Shown: positions 34,809 through 49,900 of the stretch, piece after piece
How the letters are laid out: the number at the start of each line of letters is the position of its first letter
Numbering within the stretch: position 1 is the first letter of the stretch
Assembly (NCBI GenBank): GCA_023213395.1
Contig: CM041465.1
Span: 204,979,741 to 205,043,740 of the forward strand
Length of the DNA stretch: 64,000 bases
Direction of reading: 5' to 3'
Source of the DNA: Cycas panzhihuaensis
Lineage: Eukaryota; Plantae; Cycadophyta
The notes under the pieces: model-generated
Database searches by the model: none
What the model was told of the DNA's origin: nothing
The model's input: the letters and a program-made list of their open reading frames with translations, nothing else
Translations under genes and position numbers: made by a program

Positions 34809-37800
34809 TGATAATGTGGATCAAAATGTGGATTAGAACTTGCTTGAGCAACTTATACTATTTGATACATGCATGTGTAAATGCATACAGTTGGGCCCCA
34901 AAGTACGGCCGGTAAGTATGGGTTTGTTTGGCCCTGCAAGTGCAGATTTAGATCTGTTTGGCCTGTGGAGACTTGGCAGCCCTGAAAAGGGGCATGTGGT
35001 CTTTAAGGGAGTGAAATGCAACCCCACAATCGTTCAGCACACCAAAATAGGGGTACACAATAGTTTGAGAGAGAAGTGTTGTTTGTATTGATAATGGAAA
35101 GTCTATGTTTACGTATCTCTAATCACATTTGGCTCTCCTCTTGTATCTAGGAAGTTGTTTTGAGTTAGTTTTCTATGTGTAGCTAACCATTTTAAGTAAA
35201 CTTCATGCTTTAATGTTAGCTTAATAAAGTCACATTGAATAACCCTTTGCTTGCCTACAAAATTGGACAAGCAATTTTTATTTAAAAATTTTGAGCATGT
35301 TATGACTAACAAAGGGGTCATAAATGCTCATCAATTCCTTCTAACTTGAGAGAAAATTGCCTCTAATTTTGCAGTCTATAAGGAATGTAGGGGACTCCAC
35401 TTGGCTCAATAGGAATTATCTTGAAGTTCAGTTAGTGTGGCCATTAAAGAAAAAATTGATGTTACTGTTGTCCCATTCTAGTCATGGGCAAAGGTTGTTG
35501 ATGTTGTCAAGTAATGGTGGACTTTGCCTTTGAGATGGCAGGTTGTATGTTGTGAGATAGGCGGCTATACCTGACACTCAGGTAGCACATCAACAATCTC
35601 TTATGGGGTAAACAATAGAGTAGGAGCCTTCATTTGCCTTGGAGGGGTCAATGATAGTGTTGTGCCTCACCATTGGGGCAAAGGTTACTTCCACTGGTAC
35701 AATTGTTGTAGTAATGTTAGTGGCATAATTGGTTGAAGAATTGGAGTTGTAATGTGTAGAGGTGCCACAAAAGCAAGGGCACTAGTAGTAGTGGTAGCTA
35801 CTTGTGTGTGTGATAGTGGCTTTATTAGTGAAAGTATTAGATAAGAGACTTGTGGGGATTGGAAGGGGAATTGAAGATTACATTGCTACTATTGAATTGG
35901 TTAGAATTGGGCTAAGGCAGTTGTCCATACAATGGGTGTAATGAAACTGAGGGTTCCTATTGAACCAATAGAGTAACTAAAATTGTGAGCTTTAGAATAA
36001 GCATGGAAGTTTGCACTATTGTTGGCATGGTCGTGGATTGAAGCTAGAATATCTTTTGATCTTTGTGCAAACCATAGATGCTTGCATAACTCTCATACTA
36101 CCCATGCCCATCATAGTGGTACAGCTTATGTAATAGTAATCCATAGGGATGATGTCACAAGTGACTATATCAGTGAATGGGTCCATTGTAGATGTCATGT
36201 GACACATGCTATCAATTATTGTCTAAGGATCATTTTTCCATACATAGTTGAGATTGTAGGGAGTTGGATATGGCTTGGTTAGAAGGTTAAGCGAAGATAC
36301 TAGGTTATGAGAAACTAAATTTTTTATGTTGCCATTAAGCATGATGTAGAGCACCAACCATTTCTTCAATTGTTAGTTTTGTGTGAAAAGGGCTTCTTAA
36401 TCTGGGATGGAGTAGTTGTCGTCCATTAAAATTAGTTGTGGATTGGGTTCTTTCAAGTTGGTCATCAAAATAATAGGCTCCTCTTTTTTAGATGTTTCAT
36501 CTTCTACATTCATGGCCAAAATTTTGGCCTTCGGCATAGCCCTTTTGTTAAGACACTCCTCATTTGAATGGGCGAGTGTTTTTTTGTAATTAGAAAACTT
36601 TTATGCATTGTCCCTATTTTTTGCAGTGTGAGTGGACAAAGATGAAGCTACACGTGGTTTTGTAGGTGGTGGTCCAACCTTCTTAGAGAAAAGAGGGTTG
36701 TTGAGCATTCCTTGAAGAATATTGTTTTTTTTTTTTTGTACATAACTCTCAACCTTTAATGCAAACTGGAGAATCTGATTTAAAGAAACAATTGCAAATA
36801 ATTCTAATTCTCGCTACAAATGTTGAAATAAGCAACCTAAAAGTTTTAATAGAAGAACTTTGTCATTATCTTTTACCTCAAGTATACGGATAGCTTGTAG
36901 AAGGTGTTGATATATTGCTGCATTTACTGCGTAAATTGTTGACGATGTAGGTGGAGGTCTTGCTCTTCTTGTAGGAGAAGAGGGTTGTGGAGCATTCTTT
37001 GAAGTTTTTTTCTTTTTGTACATGAGTCAACCTTTAATGCAAGAAACTTTGATGTAAAGAAATGATTATAAATAATTTTATTTCTTCCTACAAATGTTAA
37101 AGTAAGCAACCTAAAAATTTAAACTTGTGAACTTCGTCATTATCTTTTACCTCAAGTATAATGGATAGCTTATGGAAGGTGTTGATATATTGCTATACTA
37201 ACTACCTAGATCAATGATGGTGGTGTAGCCACTTTTTCAATTACTTTTCCTAGTCACCAAGGGGATAAAACTGCCATTGGAATTGTGTTTTGAATTCTTC
37301 CTAAGGTGTAATGGATGCTTCCTCTGGTTGGCTTATTGTTATACAAGTGTTTGCCACCATGTGAGCACCTCGTTTCCAATGTGGACTTCTGTCACTGTGG
37401 ATTTGTTGGCATTCCGTGTAGTGCTAGCATTTGAAATATGCTTTTAGTCTACAGAGCCAACTATCTAGGGCCTCTACATTGATGAAATCGTTAAATTGCA
37501 TGATGTGGAATTGGATGTCTAAACAAAAAGTTCATTAGTGTCGCTAAAGAGGAATGGCTATAGGGATGTTTGCATGTGCTTAATTTTGGACTATCATTTG
37601 TTGGAATATCTTTGTCATTTGGGTCACCAGAATAGTTTGGGAGACTTGATCTACTGCTCTCTGTTCTGAGTTCTTGTGCCAAGAATATGAGAGATTCATC
37701 TATCTTCTTAATACTTTTCACATTTTTCCATGGTTGGAATTTCTTGAAGAAGATTCTTTAATGAATGTAGGCAAGATTATGGGTTTTGATACCAATTGAT

Positions 37801-38306
37801 AAGTTCACGTGTAGTTTACCACTAGGGCCTAAAAGTATCATCATATTAGATGTGTATGGCCTGAGTAGGACAAATTTAATAGAGTATGAATAATAGAGTG
37901 AATTGGATGGTCAATACTAGATGTTCAAGGGTATGCATTGCCATGTTTGGGCAATACATGAATTGTTGTGCAGCTTGTGTAGTACGTTGTATGCATAGAA
38001 CTTGTACAAAATACAAGTCAATCTAGGTCAAATTGGCCTTACAAGTGCATATTTAGATTTATTTGGCCCATGGAGACTTAAAAGCCTTGAAAAGAGGTGT
38101 ATGGCCTTTAAGGGAGTGGAATTTAGGCTCGCAATTGATTAACACCCCAGAATGGGGTGCACAATAGTTTGAGAAAGGTGTCGTATTTGTATTGATAGTA
38201 GAAATTTTATATTTATAGAGCTCTACTAATAGTTGGCTCTCCTCTTGTTTAAATACAAAAGAGTCATTTTGTGTGGGTTTTCTATTTGCAACTAACCCCT
38301 TTAACA
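34809..38306 (-). mobile_element. Old degenerate LTR element: LTR-like copies ~34809-35195 and 37797-38306, PBS 37782-37794, short internal region without recognisable pol
   Basis: Shared blocks CAAGTGCA.ATTTAGAT..TTTGGCC..TGGAGACTT, TTTAAGGGAGTG, CACAATAGTTTGAGA and TTGGCTCTCCTCTTGT. GGTTTTGATACCA lies next to the right copy. Confidence 0.7.
36661..37220. repeat. Two-copy tandem duplication, unit ~285 bp
   Basis: Repeated TGTAGGTGG.GGTC, AGAGGGTTGT.GAGCATTC, TCAACCTTTAATGCAA, GTCATTATCTTTTACCTCAAGTATA and GAAGGTGTTGATATATTGCT. Confidence 0.88.
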
Positions 38307-38350
38307 GAAAGCTAATGACTAAAAACTAGCTTTATATTTTAAGGTTCACT

Positions 38351-41300
38351 TGTAATGGACTTTTGTCTCGACAATTTTGTTATTTTAATATATGATGTAC
38401 TTTCTGTTCTATGTAACGCAAGGACATAAATAAAAATAAAATCATATTTTCTTCATTGTTTATATATTTTTCTTTTTCTTGTTTTCATTTATGAGTGCAT
38501 GAAATAAAGAAAGAAATAATAATATAGAAAATAAACAAATATTTTTCACAAATAATATCCTTGAGTTTTTTCATTAAATAAAAGAGTCTTTTTATTGATA
38601 ATTGGTAGGATACATATTTGTAGTAAATAATGCAAGTCTGTTGTAAGTTAGGAAAAGGAGAGGTTTACTAAAGATTGCAAAATCATACCTAAAGTGGGTT
38701 CTATCAACCCTCAACACTAGTGCATAAACTGGGTGTAGCCCCACTCTCAACACCAGCAAATCTAGATTTTTAGGGCTCCTGTGGCGAGCAATATATCAAT
38801 CAATCTCCTCATGGCCTCGAAGTTCTCCAAGATTCTAATTAGGCTCTAAAATTGACACAATAGGAATTTAACCTAGCTTTAGGAATTTAAGGCTATGGTT
38901 ACCCCCTCTCTCCTCTTGGAATATATATGACGAAGTACCAAAGGTCGTAACCACTCCTTTTTATTATGTTTCTTCATAGATAGATTAATTAATCCTTAAT
39001 AGTGATTTAATTCTTCACTTAATTAAAATTTTATTTTCTCTTTTTAAGGGGAATTAGGTATGCGATAGTTCTTTTCCTCTTGATTGCTGCTATATTCAAC
39101 AGTTCTTCTATTCCTCTACATCAGAAATATGCAAACATGGTTAGTAAATAATTTTGAGTATTGTTTTTGTATAAATTTTTCTCTTTTCCAAGTAATATTA
39201 TTTTCATTACAAGATGCCAATTTAACATTGATTTTAAAAATCCTTTTATTTTTAAGTTGCCTAATTCTCTTATCCAAAATTTTCTCAAGTTTTAGAGGGA
39301 ATTCATAGTTAGATTCAATGGTTGTTTTATTCTATTTAATTAAATGTTTTTTATCAGTGTGTATTTTTTTAGTAACATTATAACGAATTTTCTATAAATT
39401 TTTAATTAACGTGGTAATACGAGTTCATAGGTTAGGTTTCCTATCCATTGGAGTATTTGAGAAGGGCCACAATATCTGTGAATTAGTTTAGCATATTTTC
39501 TTAATTTTAAGGAACTTCTTTTAGGTTTGACATAAAGAAAGACATTATGTCCTACTTGAAATTATCTAATAGAACACTTATAATCAACAAAATTTTTATA
39601 TCAATCTTGGGTTGCTTTTCGGTTATTTTAATTTTATAAATTATTTCTTCCATTGTTACTAAATCATCATAGGGATATTACTTTGGATGTATAGAATCGA
39701 ACTAAGAAAGTACTATATTACAATTCTTCCCATAAATGGCTTTGAAGGGTGATATCTTAATGGAGGAATGATAAAATTTGGTTATATGTAAATATTACTA
39801 AATGTAAATAATACTCTTAATAGTAAGGTGTTTCAATAGTAGACATTTAGAGTGTATCTCCTACTACTTGGTTTACTTGTTCTGTTTGTCCATTAGTCTT
39901 AAGGTGATAGGCAGTATTAATTTAAAGGGTAGTTCCTATCTTATGGAAAAAGGTTTCCTAAAAAACTAGAAGTAAATCTAAGGTGTTTATCAAATACAAT
40001 ACTTTTAGGTATCTTGTGTAATTCAAACATTGTTTTTGTAAATATATGAGTTATATCTTTCTCAATGGATTTGATCTTAGTAGGTATGAAATGTGCATTT
40101 TAATCAATCAATCTACAACCACTAAGTGTCGTGGCCTCTCATATTTCGTGGTAAACTAGTGATAAAATCCACTCATTGATTGCCGTTTCTATCCAGGAAT
40201 GAATAGTGGTTGTAATAATCATAGTGTTTTACATTGTTCTACTTTAACCTTCTAATAAAGAAGACATTTCTGGATGTATATTTGTATATCTGGTTTTATA
40301 TGGGTCTAAAAAAACTTTTTTTAATAGTTAAATAGGTCTTATGGAATCTAGGATGTCTTGTTATACGTATATTGTAGGCACCATTCAAAACTTTCTTTCA
40401 TTTTAGGGGTATTATGTATGCATAATTTTCCTTTCTAATAAAGTAAACCATTCTTCGATAAGACATAATTTTCTACTTACTCTTTATGATGATATGGTGC
40501 TGAAGGTTTTGGAGTTAGGTTAGGATTATCTTAAAATACTCATCGTTAATAAGGAAATCTCTGATAGAATCGTTCAAGCTAGTCTTCACTAGGGATATAA
40601 CATTATTGTAGTTTCTTTTTTGGATAAGAATATCTATTGTTTTATTTTCTTTCCTAGGGATATACTAGATACCAAAATCATATTTAGTAATTAATTCCAT
40701 CTAGTGCCATTGTTTCATACTTAGATGGAGTTGTTTGAATGTATATTATAGACTATGTTAATATGTTTCTAAGGGTGAGTTTAACTACTAGTAAATAATG
40801 TCATTAAATTGTTAAGGTATGTACTATGCTCAATAATTCTAAATTATGAGTGGGATAATTTTTCTCAATACTTTATAATTTTCTTGATTCATAACTTATA
40901 AGCTTTCCATCTTACACAAGAACTCCTCCTAATCCGTCTTCGTTGGTATTAATTATCATTAGGTAAGCTTTAGTTGGATCAAGAATACCTAATCCAGCTA
41001 TATATATATATAGATATATTTTTAAAATTTATAGAAAGCTTCTTTACATTTTGGTCTTCACATGAATACCTTATCCTTTTGGGTTAGGTCAATTAGTGGT
41101 GTTGCAATTTTAGAATATGCCTTAATGAATTTTTGATAGAAACTTGATTAACCTAAGAAATTTTGTACTTTGTGTGTTTTTTGGTTGTAACTACTCATAC
41201 AATTTTTGTTTTTTCAGGGTCTGGGGCAATTTCTTTTTTTGAAATGATGTGTCTTAAGTATGAAATCTTTGTTTTGAAAAATTACATTTATATACTTTTG

Positions 41301-44300
41301 TATATAATTTATGTTCTCTTTATTTTTTAAATATCTTTTAGATATGCTGTTTATGGTTTGTGAGTATATTAAGATATCATCAAAAAATATAATCACAAAT
41401 ATGTTCAAATAGGGTTGGGATATATTGTTTATTAGGGTCATAAAAGTAGTTGGTGCATTGGTTAGTCCAAAAGGTAAAATAACAAATTCATAATGGTTGT
41501 ACTTAGTTTGAAAAGTTATTTTGGGTATCTCTTCTTCTTTAATTTTAATTTGATTGTACCATGATTGTAAATCTATTTTAGAAAATTATTTAGCACGATT
41601 TAATTAATCTAAAAGATCATTGATCCTTGGTAGTGGGTATTTGTTTTTCATTGATAGCTTATTTAGCTATTGATAATCAATACATAATTTTGGGAAGTCA
41701 TCTTTCTTCTTAATAAATAAAATTGGTGATTTCCATGGAGAAATGTTGGGTCTAATCTTACTGTGTTCTATTAGTTCTTGTAGTTTTAGTTTAAGTTCAA
41801 CTAATTCTTGGATGAATTATTGATATGGAGCCCTTGATATTGGTTATGTTCAAGTATGAGATCATTATATGTTCCATAGTTCTTTTCAAAGGTAGTTTTT
41901 TAGTTTTTGAAGGAAATACAACATTGGATTCTTCAATAATCAGATGGCTAGTAAGATCATGACTGAGCATTTAGGTGTTTTCGATTACTAGTGTATAAAA
42001 AAGTTTACATTTTTTGCAAATATATCTTTTAATCTCTATTGTAAAAATGGTGTGTAATTATGTGGATTTCTCTTCCCCTTGAATAATCTTGACATCGTTA
42101 GGATGTCCGGCTACTACAACTTATTTGTTGTGATAACTTACATATGCATTATTGTGTTCTAACCAAGCCATACCTATTATAGCATCATATTTTTCTAGAT
42201 CTAATAATTGAAAATCTCTAAATGTTTGATTCTCATTTATTTCAAGATTAAATTTCTCCAAAATGAAAGCAATTTGGTTATGTGTTTCACCATTGACTAA
42301 CTTTACTTAAGAGGGTTTTGCCTAGTTTTGTAGGTGCTAAATTTAGTTCTTTCACTAATTTTGACGAAGGAAAGTTATGTTTGCTCCTAGAGTTTATTAA
42401 TATAATAAAAGATGGTTTATTTATTTTTTCTTTAACTTGTACCAATGACAATTATTTATGTATATTACTTAATGGCTGCATGGACATATATATTGGGTTA
42501 AGGTTGCGTTAGATCTTTTATGATTGGGTTTCTCTCTTCTGATGTATTTTTGAAGCAGAGGACAATTTCTTTTAAAACGTGTTTCTTCACATTCCTAATA
42601 TTGAATAGTTATGGGTCAACTCTCCTGATTTTGATTCAACTCTTGATTATTTATTTGCTTTGAAGTTCTCCTAAATGAACTCTTCTAGGTATAACTTTTT
42701 TTTGTACTATTGTTATTATAATTATTTGCTTTTCTTTTTTGTTGAATTTTCTTTAATGCTAAAAGGTACCACCCCTACGAGTGCTTTCTTACTCGTTTAT
42801 CTATTCTTTTTTCTTTTGTTTAGTCTTTGTTCTTTATACCTTCAGTGAGGGTGGTGGGTTCATTTACATAATCAGGTTTTCTATTTGATATGTTGGCATT
42901 GTATTTCCAATTGAGCTCATTTATAAATCTCATGAGTCTATATCTTTACCCTGGGCAGAAGGTACAAATCTATTCAAGGTTTTAAATTGTTCTTTATATT
43001 CCCCGATATTGAGATTCTTATGCTTCGAGTCATGAAATTCATTTAATTTATTTTGGAGGAAGTTTTCTAAAATAAATTTATTGCAAAGTTTCTTTTAAAA
43101 ATTCTTCTATGGAATTAACTCAAATTTTGTTTTATAGCTTCATAGTACATCATGCTACTAAGTGAGTGCTAGTCATTTTAATTGATATATGGTGATTCTT
43201 TTTTTTTTATTACTACTCAATTGTTTTAATTCAAAATACCTTTTCATGTTGTCCAACTAATTCTTTGCCTATTCTCTAGTGCCTCTTTTCCCTTCATATT
43301 CTAGAAGTTCTAGTTTTTTGTTATAGCAATCAATCTCCTTTTGTTCTCTTTTTCTTTGTTTGTAACGAGAGTTTACATTTGATTCAGTATCTAACTCACT
43401 AGGGCTTGAAGAATTTTCACTACTAGATGTTATTTCCATACTCTTAGAATTTTCATTTGATTTGTCCCTTCTTTTTTCTTTGTTTTTATTTTTGTCTCTA
43501 CACTTATGTGTTTCTCCCTTAGTTTTTCATTTCCTATCAGCTTTTACTAAAGCTTCATCTTTGTTTTCTTTACTTCTTGATAAAGATCCTTCTATATTTG
43601 CTTCTACAAAATTTTGTCTATCTTGTAATTGTTCCTTATCTGCCTTATTCTCCTTTTTGTTTTCCATTTTGTCTTAATTTCGTCATCATCCTTTCTAGGC
43701 TTCTTTTGAGAGTTTGGTTCTTCTCTTATCATTCTCACTAAATTGAAGTTTCTATTTGTATCTATGTTCATCATGCGCTTTTCCTAAGTTATGGTGTTAA
43801 TTCATAAATGAATGATATGTGATTAAGATAAAATAAAAGTTGTTAAAGTATTAATATAAGAGTCAAGTGTAAGGAATTTCTCCAAAGATAGTTCTTTAGA
43901 GAGGAAGAAGGAAATAGTTATTCTCCTAAGGGTGTTGGAGAGCTGTAGATGCCAATTCATTTCTCTTCAACAATCCTTCAGAAGAATATACTTCTAGTTA
44001 GTAAAATTATTTAAAAGAAGGTAGATCCAAAGAAACTTATCTAGTTGTTTTTTCTTTCTAATTATTAACGAAAACAATGTAGTAGTAGTTTACACATTAG
44101 CCTTGGAAGAGATTTCAAAATATGCCACATTTAATTATTAATGACCTTGAGGGTGGGTAGAACAATTTAAGGAGCAATGGCAAATGATGCCTTTCTTCTT
44201 TGTTATTTATGGGGTTTTGACTACCACAGAAACAATAATATAATTAGAGTTAAGACAAGGGTAGTTAAGATTGATTTAGTTAATCCAAAGAGTATATGTT

Positions 44301-46954
44301 AAGAGCAATAACTAAAAGGTTGACAACTTAAAACTTATTTTGATGGACTCTTGTCATTATAAGGTAAAACCTTTCACCTACATGTAGGATAAGTCATTCT
44401 CTTGATCCATGATATTCCTAGTGGCTATTCCTAAGATTACTAGAAGGAACAATGGATTAGTAATCTAAAGGTTATTAAAAAAAATTACTAATCTAAGTGG
44501 TAGCCTTGGAGGTGGTATTCTCCCATCATGTTGATATGGTAGGATTATTGATAAGGGTGCTTACTTCTTATCGTGACAATAGGTGATCGTTAAATTGAAG
44601 GAATACTTATCTATAATCAAATGAGGGAGAGGAAATTAGGCTTACATCAAGCTATTCCTAATATGAGGTGTATGAATATATAGACAAGTGGGGTTACAAA
44701 ATAATATTAAGCCTTTTAAGTCTATGAACATATGTCCATCTAATTTTTAAGCAAAAAACCTAAGGATGATTTTATTAGAGATCTCAACACTAAAAGTCAA
44801 AAGGCTTATTTGTGGAAATGGCCAACTTCTATGTGAAACAAAATTCCAGTGACAACAATGGGTGGTATTAAAGGTTGTAACTTTTCCTTTATTTATGGGG
44901 AATACCATACATGCTTTCGTTGGGCTACCTAATGATTGCTTAATGTAATTTATTAGTAATGTTCATAAATATATAGAATAATTTTAGAAGGTGGATAATG
45001 AATTGTAAGAATGTTGTATTAAGTAACCGTGCTTTCCAAGCATTAAAAGAAAAGAATCATTCAACACTCATATCTACACATTAATCTAGTAGAATCTGAA
45101 TTATTATTAATTTTTATTACTACCCATTAAGATCCACATTTATTCTATATATATCATTGATTGATATGATATATCACTGTTATGGTTTATTAGTTTCTAT
45201 ATGTATCCAACCAAGGTTATCTATTGGTTTATATGTGTCGTCAATTAATATTCGTATGTGTTTTCTTTATGCAATGTGTGTTACAAACCCTATCGGGGTC
45301 CAATCTCTATCGTTGGACTGGACATGCGATTGCCAGATGTGGGTGGGGAAGGGTTATTAACCCTAACTCAATAAGTATTTGATTGCAAATATCTTTGTTT
45401 TCTCCTTCCCTTTGAAAGCATTGGTTTACTACAAGTCTGGCGATTATAAGTGGAAGTATTTCATTGCAGGTCTGATGAATGCAAGGTCTATTACATTTTC
45501 GTTAAGGGTTTGATCATTTTTTGAGTTGCAGTGACAAACCGTTTGTCAATAATGGTAGGTAGACAATGGGTTTTTGATTTGGATTTATCTCCTATAATAC
45601 TCCCAAAGCACTATGAATTGTGTAGTCTATTTGATGTTTACAATGGAGATTCAAAGCTCTTCAACCTTTTAGGTCTTTGAGATAGTTTTATGATTAAACT
45701 TATACTTTCCAAGCCTAACATCAAGGAACCATGTGTCTGTGGGGCACTTGTCATAAGCAGACGTAAAATCACGCCATTTTTAGACACATTCTTAGCATAG
45801 AGTATTGTTTTGTCATGGTTCATGGTATTTATTTAAATGCATCTATTATGGATTCCCTATGCATTCTTCTCTGACATTTTCTCCTAGAATGGGTGTGTTT
45901 CTTTTCTTTTTCCCTTTCCTTTTTGTTATGTTAATTCTTCTTCAAGATAGGCTCAATGTCTCATTATTATATATTTTTTTGTAGCATTGTAGCATTGTAG
46001 GGTTATGGGCAGATTGATATGTTGGCTAGGTTGTTATATGCAAAGGAATGGGGCTAATTATTTTGCTGGCTAGACATGGATTTTAAGGGTTTTCGTTTGA
46101 TATATAGCCTTATTGTAGACATGGTCAGAATGTTTGAGAGGATGAGCATTACGTTAACCTCGTACTGCTTTCTTCTTTTTTTAATAGAAGTAGGGTTTTA
46201 TAGGGGTTTATATATATTTTTGTTAAATGGCCAATATCATGTAATTCCTATTATTAGTTGGGTGACCAAGGAGGAAGGTTCTGCTACCTAACTTTATTTT
46301 TTTCTTTTTTTATAGTTACGTGGTTGTATATAAATTTTTTGAGATGGAAATGGTTTTTGTCATATCAAATAGATTGAGAAATCCATCTTTCATGCTTGGA
46401 CACCAAATTGTAATAGACTTTTATCCTAACAATTATGTTATTTTAATAGATGATGTACTTTCTATTCTATATAATAGAAGAACATTATAAATAAAACAGA
46501 ATCATATTTTCTTTATTATTTATATATCATTCTTCTACTCGTTTTTAGTTATGAGTGCATGAAACAAAGAAAGTAATAATAATACAAAAAAGTAATAGTT
46601 TTTTCACAAATAATATGCAAAAGTTTTTCTATTAAATAAAATAGTTTTTTTATTAATAGTTGGTAGGATACATATTTATAGTAAACAATGTAGGTCTATT
46701 GTAAGCTGGGAGGAGTAGAGGTCTGCCAAAGACTAAAAAACAATGCCTAAATCAGATTTTATTAACCCTTAACACAAGTGCCTAAACTAGGTGTAGCCTC
46801 ACTCTCAACACCACTAGATCTGAACTTCAGGACTCTTGTGGCGAGTAATACATCAATTTGTCTCTACATGGCCTTAAAACTCTCTAGGATTCTAGCTAGG
46901 GTTCAAAATTCCTACAATAGGAATTCAACCCAACTTGAGGATGTTAAAGTTATA
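38351..46954 (-). mobile_element. Heavily decayed Ty3/gypsy chromovirus (Tekay/Del-like), LTRs 38351-~38903 and 46409-~46954
   Basis: LTR pair ~80% identical by eye; degenerate PBS GCTTGGACACCA at 46394-46405; RT IFFDDILIYS (ORF 41214-41441) and PFGLTNAP; integrase; chromodomain-like EKILDKRIRQLKNK...ITWKRE at ~39180-39290; purine tract beside each LTR. Confidence 0.9.
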
Positions 46955-49900
46955 GTCTCCTGCTCCCTCCTCTTAGAATATATATGGTGGAAGTACCAAA
47001 AGTTGTAACCGTTGCTTTTCATTATCTCTTCATAAATAGATTAATTAATCCTTAATAGTGATTTCGTCCTTCACTTAATTAAATTTTCACTTCCTCCTTT
47101 TAAGGGGAATTAAGTATGTGATAATTCTCTTTCTTTTGATTGCAGTTGTCTTAAGTAATTTTTCTGTTCTTTTACATCGCAAACATGTAGACATATTTAG
47201 TAAATAATTTTGGGGATTATTTTTGTATAATTTTTTCTTTTTTCTAAATAACACTATTTTTATCATAAGATATCTATTTAACTTTGATTTTAGAAATTCT
47301 TTTATTTTAAAGTTATCTAACTCTCCTATCTAAAATTTTCTTAGGTTTTACAAAGAATTCACAACAAGATTCTATAGTAATTTCATTCTATTTAATTAAA
47401 TATTTTTCATTTGGGATGTATTTTTTTAGTGCATTTATAGAGAATATTCTATGGATGTCTCATTGAGATGGTAATGTGAGTTTATAGGCTGGGTTCCCTA
47501 TCTGTTGAAGTATTTCAAAAAGGCCACAATATCTGCGAGCTAGTTTAGTGTATTTTTCCAAATTTAAGGAACTTCTTTTGGGTTTGACATGGATAAGGAC
47601 ATTATTTTCTATTTGAATTTCTTTATCGAAATTGTTTAAATCAATGAAACTTTTATATCAATCTTGGGTTGCCTTTATATTATTTTTAGCTTTACGAATT
47701 ACTTCTTCCATTTCTATTAAATTCTCATTAAGATACCACTTCTGATGTATAGGATTAGACTAAGAAAGAAGTGTATTACAATGCTTCCCATAAATGGATT
47801 TGAAGAGTGACATCTTAATGGAGGAATGATAACTTTGGTTATATACAAATTTAACTAAATGTAAATAGTCTTTCAAACAAGAAGGTGTTTTGATAGCATA
47901 TATTTGGAGCATATCTTCTACTAGATTTACTCATTCTATCTATCCATCAGTCTCATAACAATGGGCAATACTCATTTTATGGGTAGTCCCTATCTCATGA
48001 ATTTTTTTTTTCTAAAAACTAGAAATAAATCTAGGGTGTCTATCGAATACAATATTTTTTAGTATCCTATGTAATCGAAATATCTCTTTTGCAAATATAC
48101 GGGCTATATCTTTTCATAGTGAATTTAATCTTAATAGGCATGAAATGTGTCATTTTGGTTAATCTATCTACTACAACTAAGAGAGTGTCGTGACCTTTTA
48201 AATTTCATGGTAAACCAATGATAAAATCTATACTTATTCATTCTCATTTCCATTTAGGGATGCCTGACATTTGTAATAATCTTGGGGTTCTATATTGTTC
48301 TGTTTTAACTTTTTGACAAAGAAGACATTATTAGACATATAGTCATATATCCAGTTTTACTTTGGGCTAAAAAAACATTCCTTAATAATTAAGTAGGTCT
48401 TATGAAATTTGGGATGTCTTGTTATAGGTATATCATGGGCAACCTTTAGGATTTAATATTTTATTTAAGGGTATCAGGTATGCATAATCTTCCTTTATAA
48501 TAAAGTAGATCATTGTCCAATAAGACATTTTTCTATTTATTCCTTAGGATGAATATGGTGTTGAGGGTTTTGGAGTTAGGCAAGGATTAGTTTAAAATAC
48601 TCATCATTAATTAGGAATCTCTAATAGAATCATTTAGACTAGTCTTTCACTAGGGTTATAACATTATTATAGTTTTTTTCCTAGCTAAGACCATCTACTA
48701 CTTTGTTTTATTTCCTAGGCGTATACTAGATATTAAATTTATATTTAGTAATTAATTTCACCTAGTATCTCTGTCTCATATTTAGATGGACTTGTTTGAA
48801 TACATATTGTACACTATGATAATCTATTTTAAGGGTAAATTTAACTTCTAGCAAATAATGTCACTAAATCTTTAAGGCACGCATTATGCTCAATAATTCT
48901 AAATTGTGAGTGGGATAATTTTTCTCAACACTTTATATTTTTCTTGATTCATAACTTATAACCTTTCCATCTTGCATTATAACTCCTCCTAATCCATCCT
49001 TATTGGCGTTAGTGATTACTGGGTAAGCCTTGGTTGGATCAAGAATACTTAATACAAGTGTTGTTGTTAATGTTTTTTTAATTTATAGAAAGCTTCTTCA
49101 CGTTTCAGTATTCACATGAATGCCTTATACTTCTAGGTTAGGTAAGTTAGTAGTGCTACAATTTTATAATATCTTGTAATGAATTTTTGATAGAAATCAG
49201 ATAAACCTAAGTACTTCATGTGTGTCTTTTGGTTATGAGCACTCTTGTATAACTTTTATATTTTTAGGCTGTGCCGTAATTCCTTCTTTTAAAATGATGC
49301 ATATTAAATATCAAATCTTTATTTTAAAAAATTCACATTTGTTTACTTTTGCATATAATTTATGTTCTCTTAATTTTTTGAGTATCTTTCAGATATGTTG
49401 CTGATGTTTTATTTCAATTTTTGAATATATTAATATATTGTTAAAAAAAAATCATCATAAATATATCCAAATAGGGTCAGGATATATTATTCATTAAGGC
49501 CATAAAAGTAGTTAGTGCATTGGTTAACCTAAAAGATAAAACAACAAATTCATAATGGTCATACCTAGTTCAAAAAGTTGTTTTTAGGTATATCTTCTTT
49601 CTTAAATCTGATTTAATGATACCCTTATTGTAAATCTATTTTAGAAAAGTATTTAGCATTATTTAATTGATCTAAAAAACTATCAACCCTTGGCAATGGG
49701 TATTTATTTTTTATTATTAGTTTATTTAGCTACCGGTACTCAATACATAATCTTAAGGTGCCATTTTTCTTTTTAACAAATAAAATTAGTGTTCCCCATA
49801 AAGAAATGTTGGGTTTAATCTTACCTTGTTCTATTAATTCTTATAGTTGTATTATAAGTTTAGTTAATTTTAGAATGGATTGTTGATATGCAACCCAACC

